Positions 1 through 7,715 of a stretch of DNA of 25,832 bases are shown here, one piece after another. The first letter of the stretch is position 1. Every line of letters starts with the position of its first letter. This DNA is from an uncultured Spirochaetaceae bacterium (GTDB lineage: Bacteria > Spirochaetota > Spirochaetia > DTKZ01): positions 282-26,113 of the forward strand of contig CAZGUL010000002.1 of assembly GCA_964529055.1 (NCBI GenBank). Reading direction: 5' to 3'. A program made the position numbers and the translations under genes. The notes beneath the pieces are model-generated. The model did no database searches, was not told where the DNA came from, and saw only the letters and a list, made by a program, of their open reading frames with translations.

Positions 1-615
1 GAATGCCTCAAGGAGGCCGACACGATCGCCTGCGAGGATACCCGGCACAGCCTGAAGCTGCTGAACCACTACGGCATCAGGAAGCCCCTGGTCAGCTGCC
101 ACGGCCACAACGAGGAAAAAAGCGCAGGCAGGATCGCCGCCCTCCTGACGGAGGGCAAAAACGTGGCCTATGTCAGCGACGCGGGCACCCCAGCCCTGAG
201 CGATCCCGGCTCCCGGCTCGTAAGGACGATGAAAGACCGCGGTTTCGACGTCGTTCCGCTGCCGGGGCCCTCCGCCTTCGCCGCCCTGCTCAGCGCCGCC
301 GGAATATTCGACAAGACCGTCACCTTCGAGGGCTTTCTTAGCCCCAAGGGAGGCCGGCGCCGGAGCCGCCTGCGGGAGCTTCTGGACCGGGAGGAGGCTT
401 TCGTGCTGTACGAATCGGTACACCGCATCGTCAAGCTTCTGGACGATATCGCCGATGCTGATCCCGGGAGGCATATCGTCGTGGGAAGGGAAATGACGAA
501 GGAATTCGAGGAATTCCTCGAGGGAACGGCATCGGATGTAAGAAAACGTCTGGAGGAAAAGGACGCGGTGAAAGGCGAATTTTCAGTCCTTGTCGCGGGC
601 AAGAAAAAGAGTTAA
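1..615 (+). CDS. rsmI: 16S rRNA (cytidine1402-2'-O)-methyltransferase RsmI, 5'-truncated by the window edge
   Basis: Frame 1 is open from base 1: ECLKEADTIACEDTRHSLKLL...VAYVSDAGTPALSDPG...PGPSA...FEGFL...YESVHR...RE(M)TK.FEE...KGEF, the typical RsmI motifs. Stop TAA at 613-615. Confidence 0.95.
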   Translation, partial: ECLKEADTIACEDTRHSLKLLNHYGIRKPLVSCHGHNEEKSAGRIAALLTEGKNVAYVSDAGTPALSDPGSRLVRTMKDRGFDVVPLPGPSAFAALLSAAGIFDKTVTFEGFLSPKGGRRRSRLRELLDREEAFVLYESVHRIVKLLDDIADADPGRHIVVGREMTKEFEEFLEGTASDVRKRLEEKDAVKGEFSVLVAGKKKS

Positions 616-639
616 AATTAGAGCGTTACGTGCCGATAT
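613..639 (+). promoter_or_regulatory. sigma28 (FliA) promoter for flgM
   Basis: TAAA (613-616) - 15 nt - GCCGATAT (632-639) matches the established sigma28 consensus TAAA-N15-GCCGATAA, 30 nt upstream of the flgM ATG. Confidence 0.85.
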
Positions 640-669
640 TGAAGGTAGTTTGAAAGGAAGGGCTCCGGA

Positions 670-954
670 ATGACGATCGAAAGACTTGGACCGTTTGATC
701 CCATCTCAAAATACAACAAGGCCGAAAAAGCGTCCAAACCCGCGCACGTCCATGGCAAGGACTCGATCGACGTGTCGGAAGAGGCTAAATCCAAGGCCGA
801 GCTCTTCAAAATCATGGAAAAAGTGCGGATGAGTCCGGACATCCGGGAAGACAGGGTCGCGGAGGTAAAGAAAAAGCTCGAAGACCCGAATTACATCGAC
901 GACAGAATCAAAGGAATCGTTGCGGATCGCATCATCGATATGTTTGGCCTGTAA
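670..954 (+). CDS. flgM: Flagellar anti-sigma28 factor FlgM
   Basis: 94 aa with D.I.VS.EAK and R.DRVAEVKKKL..PNYI-type motifs of the FlgM family; sigma28 promoter directly upstream. Confidence 0.85.
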   Translation: MTIERLGPFDPISKYNKAEKASKPAHVHGKDSIDVSEEAKSKAELFKIMEKVRMSPDIREDRVAEVKKKLEDPNYIDDRIKGIVADRIIDMFGL

Positions 955-981
955 GGGTTCCTGTCAATCCATCTGCGGTTG

Positions 982-1015
982 AAAAGGCGGAGATATCGAT
1001 CTCTGCCTTTTTTTT
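982..1015 (+). terminator. Intrinsic terminator after flgM
   Basis: AAAAGGCGGAGAT-ATCG-ATCTCTGCCTTTT stem (one G-U pair) followed by a run of T. Confidence 0.8.
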
Positions 1016-1036
1016 GATACGGAGCGCGCGAAGTTT

Positions 1037-2158
1037 ATGGCGGAATTATCCTTACAGCTGCCGGGCAAGGTTTTTTTCGGCAGCGACGTTCTCAACCTTG
1101 CCGGAACCCTGACGGCGGCGTACGGGACCCGCGCAATCCTCATCTCCGAGTACCTTCTCCACGAAGGCAGGCACATCGAAAAGGTGCAGGATATTCTCCG
1201 CAAGCGCGGCATCGAATGCATCGTGGTGGACGATATGGGGTCCCAGGGGCTCCGCAGGGACGCCGCCGAAGTCGTCGATTACGCGAAGGCTTCGCGGATC
1301 CAGGTCGTGATCGGCCTGGGGGGAATGAAGATCCTTTCCCAGGCGCGCAGGATCGCCTGTCTTTCGGCCGCGGGAGACGGCGCCGACCCGCATGCCCGGC
1401 CCCTGCCGTACATTGAAATCCCCACGGTGTTCCGGAATCCCCTTCTGATGTCCGACGCATATCTCGAAACGGACCCCGCGAGCAGGAGGCCCCGGATCGT
1501 CCGGGCGCCGGAGGGCCTCGTCCGGGTCGCCCTTGTCGATCCCAGTCTCACCGTCACCCTTTCCCCGAAGTACGCGGGGGCCCTCTTCCTTGATTCGGTG
1601 CTGGGCGCGCTGGAAGGCTACATCTCGGGAGGGGCGAATTTTCTGTCCGACGCCCTGTTTCTCGCGGCGCTGAAGCTCCTGGGGGAAGGCATCGACGACG
1701 CGGTTCGGGGAGTCAAGGACCTCCGTCCCCGGGTGAAGGCGTCCCAGGCGGGGGTCCTCTCCGCGATGGGGCTCGCGACATGCTCCTCAGGAGCCGGTTC
1801 GGCCCTTTCCTACGCCATCAACGCCCTTTTCGGGACACCCAAATCCTGGGTCGGCGCCGTGCTCCTTCCCCACATCATGGACCTGCACCTCGGTTCCCGG
1901 GCGGACAAGCTCGCGGAAACCGCGAAGGCCCTGGGAGAGGACATTTTCGGCCTCGGCACGGCAGACGCCGCGGCGTGCGCGCCGGTGCGGACGAGACGGG
2001 TCATCGCCCAGCTCGGCCTTCCCGGCCGGCTCCGGGACTTCGACCTGAAGCTCAGCGAACTCGTGGACGCCGCCGAGGCCGCCTCCGGCTTTGACCCGAA
2101 AAACGGCCTTCCCATGACGGTGGACGCCCTCTACGACCTGCTGAAACGGGCGTACTGA
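1037..2158 (+). CDS. Iron-containing alcohol dehydrogenase-fold protein with degenerate metal and NAD sites
   Basis: P.KVFFG, VIGLGG, IPT, DPSLT..L, D...ALEGY and LLPHIM landmarks of the Fe-ADH family; the catalytic His residues are not conserved (see findings). Confidence 0.85.
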   Translation: MAELSLQLPGKVFFGSDVLNLAGTLTAAYGTRAILISEYLLHEGRHIEKVQDILRKRGIECIVVDDMGSQGLRRDAAEVVDYAKASRIQVVIGLGGMKILSQARRIACLSAAGDGADPHARPLPYIEIPTVFRNPLLMSDAYLETDPASRRPRIVRAPEGLVRVALVDPSLTVTLSPKYAGALFLDSVLGALEGYISGGANFLSDALFLAALKLLGEGIDDAVRGVKDLRPRVKASQAGVLSAMGLATCSSGAGSALSYAINALFGTPKSWVGAVLLPHIMDLHLGSRADKLAETAKALGEDIFGLGTADAAACAPVRTRRVIAQLGLPGRLRDFDLKLSELVDAAEAASGFDPKNGLPMTVDALYDLLKRAY

Positions 2159-2165
2159 TTTTTCC

Positions 2166-2972
2166 ATGATCTCCCTGCGGAAATTCCTGTCCCTATCCCC
2201 CTCCACGCGGCTCCGCAAGACGGTCCGTCTCATCCACCGGTGGGAAGGCCTCCTGTCCGACGCGGGCCCGCCCCCGGAGGAGGACATCCGGGTCATGACC
2301 GGATATCTCGCGGCCATCCCGCCGGAAGAGCTTCCCTCCGGGGCGGAGGACTGCCGGGGGCGTCTCCTCCGGCTGCTTTCGCGTCCGGAAGACGCGGACC
2401 GCGAGGACATCAGGTGGGAACTCAATTCCCTGCGTCACCTTCTTTCCCCGGCCCTGGGCATGGAAACCGCCGACTGGGACTTGCATCCCCCGGCGGACGG
2501 GGCGGCGGTGCCCCGGAAAATCCTGCCCTGCCGGGTTTACGCGGACTGTATCCGGTCACCCTTCAATCTGGGCTCCCTTTTCCGCACCGCCGAATGTTTC
2601 GGAGTCGAGGAAATTCTGCTGGCACCCGGAGGCGCCTCGCCGGAGCACAGGCGGACGCGGAGGAGCGCCATGGGCAGCGTGGACATGGTGCCCCACCGGT
2701 ACGCGGAACCGGAGGAGCTGGAAGGCTTCGAGGGGGTTTTCGCGCTGGAAACGGGCGGAACTCCCCTGGAGGATTTCGTTTTTCCCGTCCGGGGCGTCTG
2801 CATCGTCGGTTCCGAGGAGCTGGGGGTGCGGGGCGGTTTGCGGGGGCTGGCGGCCGGGAGGGCCGGCATCGTCAGCCTGCCTCTCCGGGGGGCGAAAGGC
2901 TCCCTGAACGTGTCGGTGGCTTTCGGTATTCTGATGCACGCTTGGAGCCGGGCCCTTACGCGGGGTTCGTGA
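2166..2972 (+). CDS. TrmH/SpoU-family RNA methyltransferase with N-terminal extension
   Basis: SPFNLGSLFRTAECFG, IVGSEELG and GSLNVSVAFGILMH are the SPOUT motifs 1-3. Confidence 0.9.
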   Translation: MISLRKFLSLSPSTRLRKTVRLIHRWEGLLSDAGPPPEEDIRVMTGYLAAIPPEELPSGAEDCRGRLLRLLSRPEDADREDIRWELNSLRHLLSPALGMETADWDLHPPADGAAVPRKILPCRVYADCIRSPFNLGSLFRTAECFGVEEILLAPGGASPEHRRTRRSAMGSVDMVPHRYAEPEELEGFEGVFALETGGTPLEDFVFPVRGVCIVGSEELGVRGGLRGLAAGRAGIVSLPLRGAKGSLNVSVAFGILMHAWSRALTRGS

Positions 2973-3375
2973 CGACCTCGTAGGTTAATTCGGCGGTTTT
3001 CTTCAGCATCGCCGCGACGCCGCAGTATTTGTCCAGGGACAGGTTCACAGCCTTTTCGATCTTCGCCGTGTCCAGGGCCGTGCCGGTGAACGCGTAGGTT
3101 ATTTTTATCTTCGTGTAAACCTTCGGGTGCTCCTGGGACGTATCGCCCTCCACGTCCACGGAAAATGAATCGAAGGGCATCTGCATCTTCTTCAGGATGG
3201 CCACCACGTCCATGCCGCTGCAGCCGGCCAGGGCGGACAGTACCAGGGGCTTCGGCGGGGGTCCGTAGTTCCTGCCCCCGAATTCGGGATCTGCGTCGAA
3301 CCTGAAGGCATGGCCGCCGACTTCGACGTCGAAAGCCATGCCGTCCTTCAATACGATGCGGGTGTGACCTGCCAT
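2956..3375 (-). CDS. OsmC/Ohr-family protein (YhfA-like)
   Basis: GP.PK.LVLSALAGCSGMDV and S.DKYCGV..ML, with the two family Cys residues. Confidence 0.9.
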   Translation of the reverse strand: MAGHTRIVLKDGMAFDVEVGGHAFRFDADPEFGGRNYGPPPKPLVLSALAGCSGMDVVAILKKMQMPFDSFSVDVEGDTSQEHPKVYTKIKITYAFTGTALDTAKIEKAVNLSLDKYCGVAAMLKKTAELTYEVVTNPA

Positions 3376-3384
3376 GGGGATCTC

Positions 3385-3612
3385 CTATTTCAGGGCTTTT
3401 TCGATTTCCGGCTGGTTGAAGCCGACGATGATTTTTCCATGGACGTCGATGACCGGAACGCCCATCTGGCCGGATTTCCGGACCATTTCCTCGGCCCTGC
3501 GCATGTCCTGGGCCACGTTGTATTCGGTGAAAGGAACATGCTTCTGCTGGAAATATTCCTTCGCTTTTTTGCAGTAAACACACGACGGCGTGGAATACAA
3601 GGTAACGGCCAT
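3385..3612 (-). CDS. Glutaredoxin-like protein (YruB/NrdH-redoxin type)
   Basis: 75 aa; YSTPSCVYC (CxxC) and GQMGVPVI (cis-Pro loop), IIVGF; AAGGAGG RBS at 3617-3623. Confidence 0.92.
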   Translation of the reverse strand: MAVTLYSTPSCVYCKKAKEYFQQKHVPFTEYNVAQDMRRAEEMVRKSGQMGVPVIDVHGKIIVGFNQPEIEKALK

Positions 3613-3640
3613 ATATCCTCCTTGAGATTAGTGTATATGA

Positions 3641-3669
3641 AATATAATATATATAGAGAAGTGCGTCAA
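3641..3669 (-). promoter_or_regulatory. sigma70-type promoter for glutaredoxin-osmC
   Basis: TTGACG (3669-3664) - 17 nt - TATATT (3646-3641) in an AT-rich intergenic stretch. Confidence 0.7.
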
Positions 3670-5147
3670 GTCTCCTGCTCGAAGGCCTTCGAAAGTCGCT
3701 CGATGATCGCGGTGACCTGCTCCTCGGTCTGCAGGCGGAAATCCGAAAGAATGGACTTGTCGATCTGGTCGAAGGTGACGATCCTGTCGCCGTAATTCGC
3801 GAAAAAGTTGGCAAGGTAAACGGTGTGGACGACGCTCCGGCTTGTCAGGGGCGACGCCTGGGGGTCGTGGTGGAATTTGATGGAATGCACCAGGGGCTCG
3901 GGGAAATTCCATTTTTCCGCAATCATGCCGCCGATCTGGGAGTGGTTGAGCCCGCCGGTCATGTCCTCGAAGAGCTGTCCCGGAATGTTTTTCTCCCTGC
4001 AGAAACGGGTTATCTTTTCGATCAGCTGGGGATGCACGGACGAGAAGATGATTTTTCCCATGTCGTGCAGGATTCCGCCGGCGTAGACGTCGTCCAGAAC
4101 GGCCTTGTTGCGCAGGAAATGTTTCGCCAGCGTATAGGCGTAAAAGGCAGTCCTGTAGGAGTGCTTCCACAGCTCCTTGCGCTTCGCGTCGTCCCGACCG
4201 CCGAGGATCTTCTGGGTTCCGTAGGAGTAGAGCAGGTTCTTCAGCCCCCGGGTCCCCACCATTTTGACGGCCTCCACGATGTTGTCCACCTTCTTCGGAA
4301 GCATGAACTGGGCGGAGTTGACGAGCTTCAGGAGATCGGCGGTGAGCGCGGGGTCCATCGATATCTGACGGGCCATGTCCTGTATCTCGCTGTCAGGATC
4401 GGAGAGAATCTGCTGCAGGAAAACGATGTTTTCCGGGAAATTCGGCAGGCTGTCGATTTCCTCGACGATCTTCTTGCTGAGGATGTCCAGGGATTCCATC
4501 TTCACCTGCGCCGTGGGAACGGTTATCCGTGCGATCGTCTCGCCGTTCGCGGTGTCGATGTCGAACGCGTCCTCGTCCAGGCCGAGTTTTTTCAGCATCA
4601 GCACGAGGATCACGATGCCCAGCCCGGCGCCTTCCGAATCGTCCAGCACCGTGGAGAGAGCCTCTTCCAGGGAAGCGAAGGCCCGGGAGCGGGCGATCCT
4701 GTCGTACACCCGGATCTGCTCCTTCTGGAGTATCTCCACGTTGTTGCAGACGTAGAGGTTCAGCACCGGTCCCTTGGTCTGAAAAACGACTTTAATGTAC
4801 AGGTTCGCTTCCTTCTGGAGCTTGAGCCAGAATTCGATGTTGTCCAGGGTCTCGGTCTTGAAATTCTCCATGCCGGTCCTGTACTGCTGGTCGTTCGTTA
4901 TATCCAGGTTTTTCTGCTTGAAATAAACGCGCTTCGTGTTGGCCTTTTTCGCGTTGACCGCCAGTTCCCGCAGACAGTAGGCCAGGGGATCCAGCAGCTT
5001 CTCCTGCCCCATCTCCTTGAGAAAAATCCCCAGAACCTGTTCCAGATAGATTTCCGTATCGTGGGGAAGCGTGTAGCTCTTGATCGTCAAAGGGATGGAA
5101 TTTCGCGCCGCGTGAACGACTTTCGCTACATCGACTTCCTGAGGCAT
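3666..5147 (-). CDS. HDOD-domain signalling protein with N-terminal GHKL/HATPase-like domain
   Basis: C-terminal HDOD: LPNFP, DPALTADLLKLVNSA, GILHDMGK, HSQIGGMIAEKWNFP. N-terminal ELAVNAKKA (N-box) and EGAGLG (G-box). Confidence 0.85.
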   Translation of the reverse strand: MPQEVDVAKVVHAARNSIPLTIKSYTLPHDTEIYLEQVLGIFLKEMGQEKLLDPLAYCLRELAVNAKKANTKRVYFKQKNLDITNDQQYRTGMENFKTETLDNIEFWLKLQKEANLYIKVVFQTKGPVLNLYVCNNVEILQKEQIRVYDRIARSRAFASLEEALSTVLDDSEGAGLGIVILVLMLKKLGLDEDAFDIDTANGETIARITVPTAQVKMESLDILSKKIVEEIDSLPNFPENIVFLQQILSDPDSEIQDMARQISMDPALTADLLKLVNSAQFMLPKKVDNIVEAVKMVGTRGLKNLLYSYGTQKILGGRDDAKRKELWKHSYRTAFYAYTLAKHFLRNKAVLDDVYAGGILHDMGKIIFSSVHPQLIEKITRFCREKNIPGQLFEDMTGGLNHSQIGGMIAEKWNFPEPLVHSIKFHHDPQASPLTSRSVVHTVYLANFFANYGDRIVTFDQIDKSILSDFRLQTEEQVTAIIERLSKAFEQET

Positions 5148-5190
5148 AGGCGACCACCCATCATGTACAAAATAGAGCCGTGACGGTAAA

Positions 5191-5218
5191 ATTATATCCG
5201 CTACAGCTTTAAAGTCAA
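5191..5218 (-). promoter_or_regulatory. sigma70-type promoter for the HDOD gene
   Basis: TTGACT (5218-5213) - 16 nt - TATAAT (5196-5191). Confidence 0.7.
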
Positions 5219-5219
5219 G

Positions 5220-7619
5220 CTAATTGCCGCCGAAATCCTTCACCTGCAGGGCCATTTCGCGCAGCCGGCGCTGCACCCGGCCGTTCATGCTGCGGGGCGG
5301 AAAGGCGCCCCGGCTCCCCCGGACGCCGGCGGGGATCCCGGTCAGGATTTCCAGCCCCTCGTCCACCGTCGAAACGGCGTAGAGATGGAAGCTTCCGTTC
5401 CGCACCGCTTCCTGGGTCTCGGCGGACAGGATGAGGTTCGGCAGGTTGAGCCGGGGTATCACGACGCCCTGCGTGCCGGTGAGGCCGGTTTTCCGGCACA
5501 CTTCGAAGAAACCTTCGATCTTTTCCGATACGCCGCCCACCGGCTGGATGTCGCCCATCTGGTTGACCGACCCGGTAACGGCGATGTCCTGCCGCAGCGG
5601 AACGTCGGAAACGGCGGACAGCAGGGCGTAGATCTCCGCGGAGGAGGCGGAATCGCCGTCCACCTCGATGTAGCTCTGCTCCAGGCAGATGGTGGCCCGG
5701 ATCGACAGGGGAAAGTCCCTGGCGTACATGGCCTGGAGGTAGCCTTCGATGATGAGAACGCCCTTGTCGTGGATCTCGCCGGACAGGCCGGACTCGCGCT
5801 CGATGTTGATGACCCCGTCGTGCCCCGGGGCCGTCCGCGCCGTTATGACGAGGGGCCGCCCGAAGGCGTAATAGCCCCGGTCCAGGATTGCCAGGCCGTT
5901 GGTCCTGCCAACCAGGCTCCCTGAAAGGGCCATCAGGATTTCGCCGGACAGGATCTGTTCGTCGATTTTTTCCTCCGGCAGGTTGTGAAGGAATTTTCTT
6001 TCCTCCAGTGCCCTGCGAATCGAATCCCGGCCGACGAGTTTTTTTCCCGAAAGCCGGGCCCAATGGTCCGCCTCGCGGATGAGGTCGGCGATAAGCGAAA
6101 AGCGGGTGGTCAATTTGCTCCGGAACTCGCCGACACGCACACCGTACTCCACCACCGCGGCGATGCCCGACGAATCGAACGCGAGCAGTTTTTCCTCTCC
6201 GGAAATCTTCCGGATGAAGTCGATGTACTCACGGGTGCTTTTCCCGTTCCGGTCCATCACGGAATCGAATTCCGCCGGCACCTTGAAAAGCTTCGGGAAG
6301 TCCTCGTCCGAGTTGTACAGGAAATCGTAGACGTGTTCGCCGCCCATGATGATGACCTTCGTATCGATTTCCACCTGCTCGGGCTTCAGCGCCGGCACCT
6401 GGGCGAAAAAGGGGTTCGGCGGGTTCCGGATTTCCGTCCTGCCGTCTTCCAGGGCCCTCTTAAGGCTGTTCCAGGCGTCCTCCTCGTTCAGGATGTCCTC
6501 GGCCCGGAGGATCAGAAAACCGCCGGACGCCCGGACCAGGGCCCCTGCGCGGATCATCATGAAATTGGTGCGGGTCTCCCCGGCCATGTCGACCGCGCTT
6601 TCCTGACTGCCGAACAGGGCCGCGTAGTCCGGACGGGATTCGAAGATCACCGGGGCGCTCGCCATGTCCGCCGCATCGACGATGACATTGACCCCGTACC
6701 GAATCAGTGCGGGTCCGCCGGACGAGTCCTTCGCGGCCGCCTCGTCGGTGAACAGGAACAGATTGGCCTTGATGTCGGCTTCCGCCCGGAGGAGATAATC
6801 CCCTACCTTTTCCGCGGGGTACTCCCGCTTCAGACGGCCGATCTCGTGCCGGAGGTCCGCCTCGACGGCCTCCACCCGGAGGACCTGCAGTTCCTCCTCC
6901 ATTTTGACCCGCCGCCGGCGGAGTTCCATGAAGAGGGCCTTCAGCTCGTCCATGTGCCGGTAATATTTCTCCCGGGTATCGTTCCAGTATTTTTCGGTGA
7001 TTTCGCCGGACCCGACGCGTTTCTGCAGGTCCTCGAAACTGGTCGCCTCGCCCTTGTACAGCGGAAGAAGATCCGACGCCTGTTCCTCCGCGTCCCCGAT
7101 CTGGACGATCTTGAAGCCCCGGGCGGCGACCGCGCCTTCGAATTCCGCGAGCCGGCGGTTTTCCTCGCTTTCCAGGGCCTTCACGACCCGGTCCCGTTTT
7201 TCCGTAAAGGCGTCGCCCGCGAGTTTCGCCGGGACCAGGATTTTCAGGTTCTCCACCAGCCGGTGCATGTCCTTTTTGAAGCTGCGCCCCCCGCCGGCCG
7301 CGAAATACAGGACCCGGGGGTTTTCGGGTCTTTCGAAGTTGTAGACAAAAGCGATGTCCCGGCACCGGGATGTGTCGGACCGGTGTTTTTCCAGAATTTC
7401 CAGGATCGTGGTGCGCTTGCCCGTGCCGGGAAGCCCCGTTACGATGAGGTTGTAGCCTTTCGCGCGGATCGACATTCCCATCGTCAGGGCGCGGACGGCC
7501 CGCTCCTGTCCGATTATCAGGCTTTCGCCTGAACTTCCCGTGTCCAGGGCGGCGATTTCCTCTTCTGAAATCCCGAACAGGATGTCTTCGATGCGCAATT
7601 CCCGGGAGTTTTTTCTCAT
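5220..7619 (-). CDS. Lon-family (LonC/AAA_32-type) protease, about 799 aa
   Basis: Start reassigned to the ATG at 7619 (MRKNSREL). IIGQERA, Walker A GLPGTGK, Lon_C domain with VDGDSASSAE (Ser) and VGGVSEKIEGF (Lys) dyad. Confidence 0.9.
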   Translation of the reverse strand: MRKNSRELRIEDILFGISEEEIAALDTGSSGESLIIGQERAVRALTMGMSIRAKGYNLIVTGLPGTGKRTTILEILEKHRSDTSRCRDIAFVYNFERPENPRVLYFAAGGGRSFKKDMHRLVENLKILVPAKLAGDAFTEKRDRVVKALESEENRRLAEFEGAVAARGFKIVQIGDAEEQASDLLPLYKGEATSFEDLQKRVGSGEITEKYWNDTREKYYRHMDELKALFMELRRRRVKMEEELQVLRVEAVEADLRHEIGRLKREYPAEKVGDYLLRAEADIKANLFLFTDEAAAKDSSGGPALIRYGVNVIVDAADMASAPVIFESRPDYAALFGSQESAVDMAGETRTNFMMIRAGALVRASGGFLILRAEDILNEEDAWNSLKRALEDGRTEIRNPPNPFFAQVPALKPEQVEIDTKVIIMGGEHVYDFLYNSDEDFPKLFKVPAEFDSVMDRNGKSTREYIDFIRKISGEEKLLAFDSSGIAAVVEYGVRVGEFRSKLTTRFSLIADLIREADHWARLSGKKLVGRDSIRRALEERKFLHNLPEEKIDEQILSGEILMALSGSLVGRTNGLAILDRGYYAFGRPLVITARTAPGHDGVINIERESGLSGEIHDKGVLIIEGYLQAMYARDFPLSIRATICLEQSYIEVDGDSASSAEIYALLSAVSDVPLRQDIAVTGSVNQMGDIQPVGGVSEKIEGFFEVCRKTGLTGTQGVVIPRLNLPNLILSAETQEAVRNGSFHLYAVSTVDEGLEILTGIPAGVRGSRGAFPPRSMNGRVQRRLREMALQVKDFGGN

Positions 7620-7628
7620 GATTACCCC

Positions 7629-7657
7629 ATAATAGGAGCGCCCGCGGGAAGTGTCAA
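7629..7657 (-). promoter_or_regulatory. sigma70-type promoter for the Lon-like gene
   Basis: TTGACA (7657-7652) - 17 nt - TATTAT (7634-7629); ATG follows 9 nt later. Confidence 0.75.
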
Positions 7658-7680
7658 GGAAACCCCGGGCAGCCGGCCCC

Positions 7681-7709
7681 TTGCCCCCCCCGGGACGCAG
7701 CCGTATAAT
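7681..7709 (+). promoter_or_regulatory. sigma70-type promoter for nif3-lspA operon (likely leaderless)
   Basis: TTGCCC (7681-7686) - 17 nt - TATAAT (7704-7709); ATG follows 6 nt later. Confidence 0.75.
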
Positions 7710-7715
7710 GGAGCC

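Noticed and set aside
962-967. TTGACA on the minus strand after flgM (antisense promoter?)
   Set aside because: No acceptable -10 hexamer at 16-18 nt spacing.
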